Below are positions 54,862 through 64,000 of a DNA stretch of 64,000 bases, piece after piece. Where the stretch lies: positions 68,720 through 132,719 of the forward strand of contig JACPUC010000007.1 in the NCBI GenBank assembly GCA_016192455.1, written 5' to 3'. Under the pieces are notes generated by a model. It was not told where the DNA came from and made no database searches. It was given only the letters and a program-made list of their open reading frames with translations. The position numbers and the translations under genes are program-made. The stretch is from Candidatus Tectimicrobiota bacterium (GTDB lineage: Bacteria > JACPUC01). The stretch's first letter is position 1. Each line of letters starts with the position of its first letter.

Positions 54862-56838
54862 TCAGATGACCCGCTCGTTGCCGCCATCGACGGGAATCTG
54901 CGCCCCGGTCGTCTTCGCAAAGACGGGTCCGGCAAGGGCGCAGACCACTTGGGCCACGTCGCTCGCCGTCACCTCCACCTTCAAGAGGTTGCTGGTCTTG
55001 TATTCCTCGACGCTCTGGCCGTAACGGGCGGCGCGCTCGCGCAGCACCTCGGGGGTCCAGATGCCGGTATCGAAGACCGCGTTGGGATGCACGACGTTGA
55101 CGCGGATGCCGCTTCCCGCCAGCTCCAGCGCCGCGACCCGCGCCAATTGCGTCAGGCCGGCCTTGGCGACGGAATAAGCGGCGGCGCCCGGGCCGGGGGC
55201 CGGGACGTTCTTCGATCCCACGACGATCACCGCCGGCTCAAGCCCCACCTCGAGGTAGGGGATGCACGCCTGCAAGAGGCGCTGGTGGCTCGACAGGTTC
55301 ACCTCCAGGCTGCGGCTCCAGGTCGCCGCATCCATTTCCGCGATACTGCGGCTGGCCGGGAAGATGCCGGCGTTGCTGATGAGCAGATCAAGGCCCCCGA
55401 AGGCTTCCACGACGCCCTCGACGGCCGTCGCCACGGCGGACGCATCGGTGACGTCGCAGGTGACGCCGACGGCGTCGCGCCCGGCGAACAGGCGGGTCAC
55501 CTCGTCGTTCTTGTCGAGGGCCGCGACCGCGGCGCCCTGGGCGCGCAACGCCTCCGCGCAGGCCCGGCCGATGCCGCTGGCGCCTCCCGTCACCAAGGCG
55601 ACCTTGCCCTGGAAGGGTGCGCTGGCCGCCCCCTTGGCGAGCTTCGCCTGCTCGAGCTCCCAGTACTCGACATCAAAGAGCTCCTCCTCCGGCAGCGCCC
55701 GCCACCCCCCCAGCGCCTCGCCCCACTGGATGGCGCGGATGGTGTGGGCGACGATGTCCGCCACCACTAGCGCCTCGTGCGCCGAGCGCCCCAAGGCGAG
55801 CGTCCCGTACCCCGGCCACACCGCCCAGCGCGGCGCGGCATCGAGGCGGGTGAGCCGCGGCGCGGCGTGGCGCTCGAAGTAGCGCCGGTAAGCGTCCGCA
55901 TAGCGCGCCACCTCCTCCTCGGCATCATCCCCCATGATAACGGGGAGGCGCTTGGTGCGAATGATGTGATCCGGCGTGAGCGGACCACGGCTGGCGATGG
56001 CGGAGACATCGGGACGCTCGGCGAAGCCGCGCGCCGCCGCGCCCGCCTCCAGCCGAACCACGAGCGGCGCCCCCCGCACCGAGGAGGCGGCGCGCCGGAA
56101 GCGAGCCAGCGGCAGCAGGGGGAGCGCGGGCGGCGGCTCGGCGGCCAGGAGCACCCGCAAGACGCCGCGCCGCTCGAGGTAGTCCTCGGCCTCCGACACC
56201 AGGCCGATCATGCGCTCGTAGCTGGCGCGCGCCTCGTCGGCGAAGGTGAAGACGCCGTGGTTCAGCAGCACCATCCCCTCGAAGGCGCTCCAGTCGAGGT
56301 CGCGCGTCATCTCGTAGACCCTGCGCGCCAGGATGAAGCCGGGCATGACATAGGGGACGATGAGAACCCGCGCGCCGTAAATCTCCCGCATGCGCTCCTC
56401 GCCCGCGTCGGTATTGGTGATCGCCACGACGGCATCGGCGTGGGTATGATCGACGTAGGCGCGCGGGATGATGGCGTGCAGGATGGCTTCCACCGACGGA
56501 TTCGGCGCGTTGGGATCGAGCATCGCCGCTCGCTGGACGCGCACCATCTCGGCGTCGCTCATGCGCGCCACCCCGGCCATGCGGCGCAGCACCTGCAGCC
56601 GCACCGGCGCGAAGCCCGCCGCCTCGATGGTGGCGAGGTCCCAGCCGCTCCCCTTGACGTAGAGCACCTCTTCAAGATCGCCGAAGAAGTTGGCGGCTTT
56701 CATCTTCAGCGAGGTGTTGCCGCCGCCGTGCAGCACCAGGTCCGGCTCGCGCCCCAGCAACCGCGACGTGTAGACCCGCAGCGCCAGCGCGTCTCCAGCG
56801 CAGGCCCTCGCCTCGTCAGCGTCCCACAAGCTCTTCAC
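54862..56838 (-). CDS. bifunctional class II aldolase (RhaD-like)/short-chain dehydrogenase
   Basis: N-terminal aldolase-II fold. C-terminal SDR with TGGASGIGRA NAD(P) motif and YSVAKAG catalytic YxxxK. Confidence 0.8.
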   Translation of the reverse strand: MKSLWDADEARACAGDALALRVYTSRLLGREPDLVLHGGGNTSLKMKAANFFGDLEEVLYVKGSGWDLATIEAAGFAPVRLQVLRRMAGVARMSDAEMVRVQRAAMLDPNAPNPSVEAILHAIIPRAYVDHTHADAVVAITNTDAGEERMREIYGARVLIVPYVMPGFILARRVYEMTRDLDWSAFEGMVLLNHGVFTFADEARASYERMIGLVSEAEDYLERRGVLRVLLAAEPPPALPLLPLARFRRAASSVRGAPLVVRLEAGAAARGFAERPDVSAIASRGPLTPDHIIRTKRLPVIMGDDAEEEVARYADAYRRYFERHAAPRLTRLDAAPRWAVWPGYGTLALGRSAHEALVVADIVAHTIRAIQWGEALGGWRALPEEELFDVEYWELEQAKLAKGAASAPFQGKVALVTGGASGIGRACAEALRAQGAAVAALDKNDEVTRLFAGRDAVGVTCDVTDASAVATAVEGVVEAFGGLDLLISNAGIFPASRSIAEMDAATWSRSLEVNLSSHQRLLQACIPYLEVGLEPAVIVVGSKNVPAPGPGAAAYSVAKAGLTQLARVAALELAGSGIRVNVVHPNAVFDTGIWTPEVLRERAARYGQSVEEYKTSNLLKVEVTASDVAQVVCALAGPVFAKTTGAQIPVDGGNERVI

Positions 56839-56871
56839 GAACCGCCTCCACGCGCGCCCATCTCAAGAAGA

Positions 56872-56953
56872 GAACCACTGATGGACACGGATAGACACGG
56901 ATGATGCAGCATTTTCACTTCTCCGTGTTCATCTGTGTTCATCCGTGGTTCCT
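56872..56953. repeat. hairpin-forming direct repeat copy A (GAACCACTGATGGACACGG...CATCTGTGTTCATCCGTGGTTCC)
   Basis: An imperfect ~30-bp-stem palindrome. Also carries a cryptic duplicate of the GxxExxY ORF start codons (ATGAACACAGATGAACAC on the minus strand). Confidence 0.7.
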
Positions 56954-56969
56954 TCCTCATCCGCGGTTC

Positions 56970-57437
56970 TCACAGAACAACCCTTTTCCATTCGAGTTTC
57001 GGACGCTTGAAATTCAGAATGATCCCGACTCTTAATCTTGTGATTTTGAGGTAGTTTAGAATCTGAGCGAGCTCCAGATCCGTGATCTTCTCGACGGCCT
57101 TCGTATCGACAACGATCTGGTTGAAGGCGATCAGATCGGGCACGTAGTCCCCAACTTTCACGCCCTTGTAGATGACATCGAAGCGAGACTGCTGCTGAAC
57201 AGGGATGTTGCGCAGACCAAACTCGACGACCAAGGCGTTTTCGTAGGGCTTCTCAAGTAGTCCATGCCCCAGGCCATTTAACACTTCCATTGCGCAACCG
57301 ATAATCTGCCACGTCTCTTCTTCATGCAGGAATGGACCTTCTTGAACCACTGATGGACACGGGTTCACACGGATGTCTTTTGCAAGAGAACCCTGATCTT
57401 TTTCCCGTCCCATAAATCCGTGTCCATCTGTGTTCAT
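56970..57437 (-). CDS. GxxExxY family protein (PD-(D/E)xK-like)
   Basis: IIGCAMEVLNGLGHGLLEKPYENALVVEF...DLIAFNQIVVDTKAVEKI...KRPKLEWKRVV matches the GxxExxY family. The gene is ~47% GC. Confidence 0.7.
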   Translation of the reverse strand: MNTDGHGFMGREKDQGSLAKDIRVNPCPSVVQEGPFLHEEETWQIIGCAMEVLNGLGHGLLEKPYENALVVEFGLRNIPVQQQSRFDVIYKGVKVGDYVPDLIAFNQIVVDTKAVEKITDLELAQILNYLKITRLRVGIILNFKRPKLEWKRVVL

Positions 57438-57447
57438 CCGTGGTTCC
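57344..57447. repeat. hairpin-forming direct repeat copy B (overlaps the 5' end and start codon of the GxxExxY ORF)
   Basis: Shares GAACCACTGATGGACACGG and CATCTGTGTTCATCCGTGGTTCC with copy A, with a 25-nt larger loop. Confidence 0.7.
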
Positions 57448-57455
57448 CTTCCTCC

Positions 57456-58157
57456 CTACCCCGCCATCCAACGCAGGAACTGCTCGAACAGCGCCTGGCG
57501 ATCGATGCCCTCGAAGAAGTGCGTGCCGCCTTCCAGGAGGGGGGTCTCGCAGGGTCCGGCGGCGTTGGCGGCGATGCGCCGCGCGTGCTGGTAGGGAATC
57601 GCCGCGTCGCCCTTGCAGTGGACGAGGTAGATCGGCCGCGGCGCAATCGCGGTGACGTTCACCTTGGCGTTCGCCGCGGCGGTATCGGCGTCGTCCAGCT
57701 CGCCGAAACGGTCGCGCAGAATGCCGCGGCTGTCAGGCCGGTCGCGGTAGACGTCCTCCAGGGAGGCGAACGAGGCGAGGGCGATGCCGCCGGCGATCAG
57801 CGGGTCGCGCGCCGTGGCCGTCACCGTCATTGTCCCACCCGTGCTTAACCCCATCATCCAGACCCTGAGGCCCCGTTCGCGCAGCCAGCCGGCGAGGAAA
57901 CTCATGTCCCGCGGCCAGGCCGCCAGCTTCGGAGCGCCGGTGGATCGCCCGTAGCCGCGATGCTCCAAACTCAGCACGTGCGCGCCGCGCTCAGCGAGGT
58001 ATTCCTGCAGGTCCCGGAACTTGTGGCTTCCACCCCAGCCATGACTGAAGACGACGCCCAGGCCGTCGGCGGCGCGCGGCACAAAGAACTTGCAGAAGAG
58101 GAAACACCCCTCGTGCTCGAGGTGGAGGTCCCAATGTCGCGGCGGCGGTTTCATGCT
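57456..58157 (-). CDS. alpha/beta hydrolase
   Basis: From Met MKPPPRHW. HGWGG oxyanion region and nucleophile elbow GLSTGG. Confidence 0.65.
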   Translation of the reverse strand, partial: SMKPPPRHWDLHLEHEGCFLFCKFFVPRAADGLGVVFSHGWGGSHKFRDLQEYLAERGAHVLSLEHRGYGRSTGAPKLAAWPRDMSFLAGWLRERGLRVWMMGLSTGGTMTVTATARDPLIAGGIALASFASLEDVYRDRPDSRGILRDRFGELDDADTAAANAKVNVTAIAPRPIYLVHCKGDAAIPYQHARRIAANAAGPCETPLLEGGTHFFEGIDRQALFEQFLRWMAG

Positions 58158-58291
58158 GCCCTCATGGCGGGGGGGACGCTCCGCGTCCCTCGCGCGCGAG
58201 GCATGGCGTATGCCGGGGCGGCGCTTGCCCCGCCCGCTTACTGCGTCTCTCGCGCGCGCAGAGACGGCTCGTGGGGCCGGCTGGCGACGCG

Positions 58292-58663
58292 TCAGAAGGA
58301 GACCACCTTCTCCGCCTCCACGACCCACCTCACGAGGTCCTGCATGGAAGCGATCTCGGCGCCCTCAATCATCTCACCCTGTTCCAGAGCACGCTCCGCC
58401 GCGCAGACCCCGCACAGCTTCACGCGCACCCCTTGCGCGAGGGCGGCCTTCATGAGCCCCTCGCAGTTCGGCATGCGCTCATCCGCAAGAAAGGGCATCT
58501 CCTTCGGCGCCTGACCTTTCTTGCAGACGAGCACCGCATCCTCGAACAGGAAGAGGTTCACCTCGTGGTTCTCGTAGCGTGCCGCCAGGACGAAGCGCAG
58601 GGTGGTGTAGAGCCGCTCCTTGCCGTACGGCGGCTCCCCAACAATCACCGTAATGGTTGCCAT
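58292..58663 (-). CDS. DsrE/DsrF-like (TusD-fold) family protein
   Basis: 123 aa. MATITVIVGEPPYG...VKLCGVCA is a conserved Cys-containing DsrE-like pattern. Confidence 0.6.
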   Translation of the reverse strand: MATITVIVGEPPYGKERLYTTLRFVLAARYENHEVNLFLFEDAVLVCKKGQAPKEMPFLADERMPNCEGLMKAALAQGVRVKLCGVCAAERALEQGEMIEGAEIASMQDLVRWVVEAEKVVSF

Positions 58664-59044
58664 GCACCTCCTCCTTCGTCACAGCTCGGCAGCGTCACCT
58701 GGCAGCGAATGAGGGGATGCTTCCACGGCGGCAGCCCAAAGAGACTGACCGGGACATCGCGGGCGTGGTTCGGGACCGGGAGGCGGCCGGCATCCTCCCC
58801 GGCGCCCCCTGGGATCACAGGCAACGCCAGATGGTGTGGCGGCTCGCCGTCTCGGCGGCGTATTCTTGCATGCTGGAGGGGCAAACTCAACGGCGCTCCG
58901 GGCGGCACGGCGAGCGGCACAGGCCCGCGCCAGCGCGCGCATCCCGGAGGCCGCGATCGGCAGGCGCAAGACCGCGCCGACGGCGCCGCGCCCTTGCGCG
59001 CCGCCACCACACGCTCAGCGGCATGGCGCCGATAGCGAAGCCTG

Positions 59045-59073
59045 TTGCTTTTCCTTTGCTCATAACGTATATT
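59045..59073 (+). promoter_or_regulatory. candidate sigma70 promoter TTGCTT-17 nt-TATATT upstream of rplC
   Basis: Read directly. Would give a ~85-nt leader. Confidence 0.4.
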
Positions 59074-59164
59074 GCGCCCCGTGCCCAAGGCCGGAGTGTG
59101 CTGGAGCGACAGGCGGCGGAGCATCTTTCTTTCCTGGATGCGGCGACTCACTCGGAGCAGAGCA

Positions 59165-59830
59165 ATGGCGTTAGGATTGATCGGCAAGAAACTCGGCATG
59201 ACGCATATCTTCGACTCGGAGGGGAACCCGATCCCCATCACGCTCATTGCCGCCGGGCCGTGCAAGGTGGCGCAGGTGAAGTCGGTGAAGCGGGACGGCT
59301 ACCGCGCCGTTCAACTGGCTTTCGAGGTCATGCGTGAAAAGCGCCTCTCCAAGCCGGAGGGGGGACATCTCCGCAAGGCGGGCATCGAGCCCATGCGGGT
59401 GCTGCGGGAATTTCGCCTCGACGCTTCGCAGCAGCCGGAGGTGGCGCCGGGAGACACGCTTGACGCCAGCCTCTTCAAGGTGGGCGACCTCGTCGATATC
59501 ATCGGCACATCGAAAGGGCGCGGCTTTACGGGCGTGATCAAGCGGCACGGATTCAGCGGCACCGCCAGCAACACGCATGGCTCCCATGAGTATTTCCGGC
59601 ATGGCGGCTCCATCGGTGGCCGTTTCCCTCAGCACGTCATCAAGGGGGTGGGGATGCCGGGGCGCTACGGCGGCAGCCGCGTCACCATGCAGAACCTGCA
59701 AGTGGTGGATGTGCGCCCGGCGCAGAACCTCCTGGCGGTGCGGGGAGCCGTGCCCGGCTCCCGCAACGGCTATGTCTTCATTCGCCCTGCGAAGAAGGGA
59801 CCGGCCCCGACCTCAACCTCCGGCTCGTAG
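59165..59830 (+). CDS. rplC: 50S ribosomal protein L3
   Basis: MALGLIGKKLGMTHIFDSEGNPIPITLIAAGPCKVAQVKS...GRGFTGVIKRHGFSG match uL3 throughout. Confidence 0.9.
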   Translation: MALGLIGKKLGMTHIFDSEGNPIPITLIAAGPCKVAQVKSVKRDGYRAVQLAFEVMREKRLSKPEGGHLRKAGIEPMRVLREFRLDASQQPEVAPGDTLDASLFKVGDLVDIIGTSKGRGFTGVIKRHGFSGTASNTHGSHEYFRHGGSIGGRFPQHVIKGVGMPGRYGGSRVTMQNLQVVDVRPAQNLLAVRGAVPGSRNGYVFIRPAKKGPAPTSTSGS

Positions 59831-60030
59831 AAGCGCCATCGCTGGCGATGGGCGCGGCGCCGTGGGGAGGGGGTGTTTTCCCCGCGCCCAGCCCGCCGCC
59901 GTACCCCACCGCCGCGAGCTTCGCAGGCGCGGCACCACGGAGCATGGGGGTCAATGATCCCCGCCACGCGCCTTCCCTCTCCTACCGCTCTCCACACCTC
60001 CGATGCCCCGGCGGGTGCCGCAACTTGCCG

Positions 60031-61260
60031 CTACGGCGCAGCGCGCAGCGCCTCAAAGCTTTCCGGCCGTTGCAGCATGGAGTCATAGGAAAAGAGGACG
60101 ATCAGGCCGGGCCGCAGCTCCTCCACCACGTCGAGCTGGCGGCGCAGTTGGCCGAGGTCGTCGAGCAGCATGTACGCCCCCAGGCCGATAGCGGCCCGCG
60201 AGCGACCCCCTACCGCCAGCGCCTGCCGGCTGAGGTGGCGAACGAGCTGCGTATCCGTCGAGTACGCCATCACCACGGCGAAATCGAGCAGCCCCTCATC
60301 CAACCATCCCCGCCAGTCCTGAAACGCCGTCAGGTACGCCCGATCGGCCCAGGCCAGCACCGCCGCCGAGAGCGCCATGTCGGGGTTCGCTTGCTTCACG
60401 AGCCGGTGCGCCCGGCGCACAAAGGCGTTCACCTGCCCGCGCCGCCACTCGTCCCAGCCCTTGGGAGCGATGAACCTGCCCTCCTGCCTGGTGAAGCGCC
60501 GCTGGCTCTGCCGCTCGAAGCGCTCCCGACTCTCCACGCCATAGCCGAAGTCCACCCCCGCGGCGAAGCGCACACCCGGGTTGATCGGCACGACGTACGG
60601 GTAGCGGAGGAAATCGAAGTGCACCCCATCAAGCTGCGGGTGGAGATCGATCAGCTCCGCCACGATGGCCAGGAGCTCCTGCTGCACCCGCTCGCTGCCG
60701 GGATCGAGCCAGTAACCGGGGGTGCCGAGAACGAAGTAGCGGCCCAGCTCGCCGGGGATGCGGAACTCCTCGTAGTCGAGCATGGAGCGACCGTAGTTAT
60801 CGACGAGCACGGCCTCGCGGCCGAGCCGCCGCAAGATCGGCGCCTGCCGATTCGCGGCGATGCGGAAAACGTTCACCCAGGCATGGACGCGCAGGTTGCG
60901 GCGGTGGGCCTGCTCGAGGATGTAGGCGAGAGGGCTGCGATACCCCGGGATGGCGGCGCGGCGGCTCGGTTCGTCATCGGCCAGCTTCGATGGGTACCAG
61001 GAGCGGTTGCCGCGGTAGACCTGCACGAACAGGTCATGCACCCCTGAGCTTTCGGCGCGGCTCAGCATCTCATCGATGCGGGCCTGCGAGTCGAGGGTGC
61101 GGTTGCTCCCCTCGTTGAGCACCCACCAGCCGAGCCGCGGCGGCAGGAGAAGGCCGCAGCCGCTGAGGAAGAGGCTGGAAAGAAGCAAAAGCAGCGCGGC
61201 GCCGCGGGCCCTGCACGCAGCGACTCGAGAGGCGGGGCGAGGGACGAACGACTCCTCCAT
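60031..61260 (-). CDS. glycoside-hydrolase-like family 10 (GHL10/DUF187) lipoprotein
   Basis: From Met MEESFVPRP. Signal peptide with lipobox LSGC, then a TIM-barrel-like GHL10 domain (VQVYRGNRSWYPS...HAWVNVF). Confidence 0.6.
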   Translation of the reverse strand: MEESFVPRPASRVAACRARGAALLLLLSSLFLSGCGLLLPPRLGWWVLNEGSNRTLDSQARIDEMLSRAESSGVHDLFVQVYRGNRSWYPSKLADDEPSRRAAIPGYRSPLAYILEQAHRRNLRVHAWVNVFRIAANRQAPILRRLGREAVLVDNYGRSMLDYEEFRIPGELGRYFVLGTPGYWLDPGSERVQQELLAIVAELIDLHPQLDGVHFDFLRYPYVVPINPGVRFAAGVDFGYGVESRERFERQSQRRFTRQEGRFIAPKGWDEWRRGQVNAFVRRAHRLVKQANPDMALSAAVLAWADRAYLTAFQDWRGWLDEGLLDFAVVMAYSTDTQLVRHLSRQALAVGGRSRAAIGLGAYMLLDDLGQLRRQLDVVEELRPGLIVLFSYDSMLQRPESFEALRAAP

Positions 61261-61381
61261 CCTCGCTACTCCACGTCGGGGATAGGCGGCTGAGAGGAGG
61301 GCCGGAGCAAGGAGATGCGGCGGCGGGCCGCGCCGGCAGGAGCAGCCCCCTGCCGGCGCGCGGGGCCGCCAGCGCCGGGCG

Positions 61382-62470
61382 CTACCACGTCGCCTGCAGC
61401 TCTTGGTGCTTCGCCTCGAGCTGCTGCTCGAGTGTCTGAATGCGGCTGCGCAGCTCCTCGAGATCGATGAGCTGTTCACTGCTGCGGCTGGCCGCGGCAG
61501 AGGTGGTGTAGCGCAGCGGCGTGAGCCGCTCGGGGTTGTAGTTGAGGCTGAGGACATCGTAGCGGCCATAGTTGCCCAGGATGTCATGCGTCCACTTCGC
61601 CTCGACGACGTCCTCGAAGTCGGCATCGGCGTAAAGAATGCCTTCCCCATCCTCCTTCGGACCCGCCCGGAACTCCCCGTTCGGACCGATGATGGCGGTG
61701 CAGCCGCCGCCATCAATGATGCGGGCCTTCTCTTCCGGCGTGTCGCACAAGGCGTCGATAGTCGCCTGGTCCATATAGCCGGTGGAGCTGATCAGGAAGA
61801 GCTTCCCCTCGTGGGCATGCTGGCGCACCCGGAAGAGAACGCTTTCGCGCTGCAACGCCGGGAAGAGGTTGCAGGGGAAGGCCGGCCAGCCTGCCACGTG
61901 AATCTTCTCGCCGCGCGCAATGAGGCAGAACTTCGCCAGGCTGTTGGCGTGCTCGCCGCAGAGCAGTCCCCCGAGCTCGCCATACTCGGTGGGGAAGACA
62001 TGCAGGTGGCTGCCATCGCCGCGTCCATAGATGAGCTTCTCGATGATCGTCGGCTGCAGCTTGCGGTGCACGCCGAGGATGTCGCCGGCGGGATTAATGA
62101 AGAGCTGGGCATTGTAGAGCGTGCCGAGGCTGTGGCGATCACGCTCGTTGATGCCGCAGACGACGTACATATGCGCGGCGCGCGCCGCCTGGCAGAGGCG
62201 ATCCGTCGCCGGGCTGGGCACCTCGATCCCCTCCCGGACGATGGCGCGGAAACGCCTCCCCTCCTCTTCCAGGAACGGGTTCGTCAGCTTCGTGAAGTAC
62301 CAGAAGGGCGGGCCGGAGATATGGAACTCTGGAAACCCGATGATCTTCGCGCCGTGGTCCGCCGCCTCCTCGATGAAGCGGCAGGTCTTCTCGATGGTCG
62401 CCTCGCGATCCATGTAGACCGAGGCGATCTGCGCCGCCGCCAAACGCACGCGTGGAAATACGTCGCCCAT
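61382..62470 (-). CDS. carbon-nitrogen hydrolase (nitrilase/aliphatic amidase family)
   Basis: Catalytic triad context E (FPEFHISG), K (HRKLQPT), C (GLLCGEHANS). C-terminal coiled-coil tail. Confidence 0.8.
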   Translation of the reverse strand: MGDVFPRVRLAAAQIASVYMDREATIEKTCRFIEEAADHGAKIIGFPEFHISGPPFWYFTKLTNPFLEEEGRRFRAIVREGIEVPSPATDRLCQAARAAHMYVVCGINERDRHSLGTLYNAQLFINPAGDILGVHRKLQPTIIEKLIYGRGDGSHLHVFPTEYGELGGLLCGEHANSLAKFCLIARGEKIHVAGWPAFPCNLFPALQRESVLFRVRQHAHEGKLFLISSTGYMDQATIDALCDTPEEKARIIDGGGCTAIIGPNGEFRAGPKEDGEGILYADADFEDVVEAKWTHDILGNYGRYDVLSLNYNPERLTPLRYTTSAAASRSSEQLIDLEELRSRIQTLEQQLEAKHQELQATW

Positions 62471-62806
62471 CTCTCTCCCTCCTCACCGAAATATCCCTGG
62501 AACGGGACATGCCCACCACCCGCCGCCGCGTTCTCTCATCTATAGCAGCCGCGGCGCCGGGAGACAAGCCGCAGGTTGTTGCGAACCACTTCCCGACGGC
62601 CCACCGCCGCAGCGCTTTTCTTGACACCTTGCGGCGGCGCTGGCAGAAGGAAGGCCAGGCTGGCGAGAGATCGGCAGCGACGGGCGGGAATTCCTTGCGA
62701 GGCGGCGGGTGTCGCTCCGCAAGGTACGCAGAGCGGCGGCTCCGCCATACCTCCTCCACCTTCAGGCGGGCCCGCTCCACGGCGCCCCCCTTCAGGCGGC
62801 GACACC

Positions 62807-62890
62807 ATGATGCTGGAAGCCGGGGTTCTCATCATTTTTTTTGCCGTGCTGGTGGTCTGCATCCTTATCATGATGTACGTGCGCCCCTGA
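62807..62890 (+). CDS. possible 27-aa hydrophobic micro-protein
   Basis: MMLEAGVLIIFFAVLVVCILIMMYVRP. Weak RBS. Lies 170 nt upstream of the glutamine synthetase gene. Confidence 0.2.
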   Translation: MMLEAGVLIIFFAVLVVCILIMMYVRP

Positions 62891-63059
62891 AGACTATGCC
62901 GCGGCGGCACGGAGGCCGGCGCCGAGCATTCGAGTTGACCTCGTTTCGCGGCGCACCGTATCATAGCTGAGCAGCTCGCGCCGCATCGGGGGGGAGCCTC
63001 GGCGGACTAAGTCCCAGAGCCGGGCCGCGCGCTAACCTCGCCGGCAGGGAGCCGCAAGC

Positions 63060-64000
63060 ATGGATGTCCATGCCGTTCTGAAGATGGCACGCGACGCGGG
63101 CGTGCAGATGGTTCGCTTCCTGTACTGCGGCAATGACGGCGTCATCCGCGGCAAGGCCACCCACATCGACTACCTGGAGCACCGCTTGGAGGCTGGGTTG
63201 GGGCTGACGGTGGCCATGCAGTCGTTCACCATGCTCGACCAGCTCGCCGAAGGCGCCAGCTTTGGGCCGGTGGGCGAGGTGCGCCTCATCCCCGACCGGG
63301 AAACGTTCCGCATCGTCCCCTACGCCCGCAGCTCGGCCCGCCTGCTGTGCGACCTCTACACGCTCGAGCACGAGCCCTGGGAGGTCTGCCCGCGTTCCTT
63401 CTTGAAGCGCATGATCGCCCGCGCCGCCAGCCAGGGCTACCTGATGAAGGCGGCGTTCGAGAACGAGTTCTACCTCGCCCGCCGGACGGAGCAGGGCTTC
63501 GTCCCGTTCGACACCAGCCCCTGTTTCAGCTCGATCGGCATGGACTCCGCCGATGCCGTCATGAGCGACATCATTGCGGCCTTGAACAAACAGCACGTCC
63601 ATGTCGAGCAGTACTACCCCGAGCTCGGTCCGGGGCAGCAAGAGGTACCGGTGCGCTATGGGGATGCCCTCGGCGCCGCGGATAACCAGCTCATCTTCCG
63701 CGACACGGTGCGCGGCGTCGCCGCCGCGCACGGCCTGCTCGCCAGCCTGGCGCCCAAACCCTTCGCCAAGCAGGCGGGCAACAGCTCCCACCTGCACTTC
63801 AGCATCTGGGATGGAGAGGGGCACCGCAACCTCTTCTTCGACGCTCAGGGTCAGTATGGCCTCAGCGACCTCGGGCGGCACTTCCTGGCCGGGGTGCTGC
63901 ATCACCTTCCCGCCCTCCTGGCGCTGACGGCTGCGAGCGTCAACTCCTATCGGCGCCTGCAGCCGCGTTTCTGGAGCTCCGCCTATATCTCCTATGGGCC
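63060..64000 (+). CDS. glutamine synthetase family protein (GlnA-like), 5' part (continues beyond window)
   Basis: Beta-grasp start MDVHAVLKMARDAGVQMVRFLYCGNDGVIRGKAT and catalytic-domain motifs (NQLIFRDTVRG, NSSHLHFSIW, SVNSYRRL). No stop codon in window. Confidence 0.8.
   Translation, partial: MDVHAVLKMARDAGVQMVRFLYCGNDGVIRGKATHIDYLEHRLEAGLGLTVAMQSFTMLDQLAEGASFGPVGEVRLIPDRETFRIVPYARSSARLLCDLYTLEHEPWEVCPRSFLKRMIARAASQGYLMKAAFENEFYLARRTEQGFVPFDTSPCFSSIGMDSADAVMSDIIAALNKQHVHVEQYYPELGPGQQEVPVRYGDALGAADNQLIFRDTVRGVAAAHGLLASLAPKPFAKQAGNSSHLHFSIWDGEGHRNLFFDAQGQYGLSDLGRHFLAGVLHHLPALLALTAASVNSYRRLQPRFWSSAYISYG

Overview
High-GC (~68%) bacterial chromosomal segment with sigma54-type regulation; no rRNA, tRNA, CRISPR array or transposase was found. 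Left to right: (1) fpg/mutM 5' end; (2) an envelope glycosylation cluster (GT-C/ArnT-like transferase, YfhO, GT2 ArnC-like, GNAT, ArnB/DegT aminotransferase); (3) HpcH aldolase and inositol-3-phosphate synthase; (4) a lower-GC (~55%) defence islet carrying a Gabija-like pair (OLD-family ATPase-Toprim GajA plus UvrD-like GajB) and an orphan MNT nucleotidyltransferase, bordered by GC-rich palindromic repeats; (5) housekeeping genes (MBL hydrolase, DMT transporter, diiron ferritin-like protein, hemE-hemY and divergent hemH); (6) the centrepiece, a ~10.5 kb all-plus-strand gas-vesicle (gvp) cluster (gvpA, three further GvpA-family genes J/S-like, four GvpF/L paralogs, gvpG, gvpO, gvpK, gvpN, Hsp20/GvpH-like) with an unusual chaperone complement: a Get3/ArsA-type ATPase, a GvpL/F protein fused to a DnaJ J-domain, and a convergent Cdc48-like double AAA+ ATPase; (7) a signalling locus with an NtrC-type sigma54 activator, a PAS histidine kinase, a 1804-aa multi-PAS/GAF hybrid kinase carrying recently duplicated PAS modules and a good sigma54 promoter match, and four stand-alone receiver proteins; (8) metabolic genes (msrB, M24 peptidase, ilvE, ggt, aldolase-SDR fusion, nitrilase, glutamine synthetase 5' end), a low-GC GxxExxY cassette flanked by hairpin direct repeats, and a solitary rplC outside any S10 operon. 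Many long ORFs in the six-frame track are antisense or out-of-frame artefacts of high GC and were not called.
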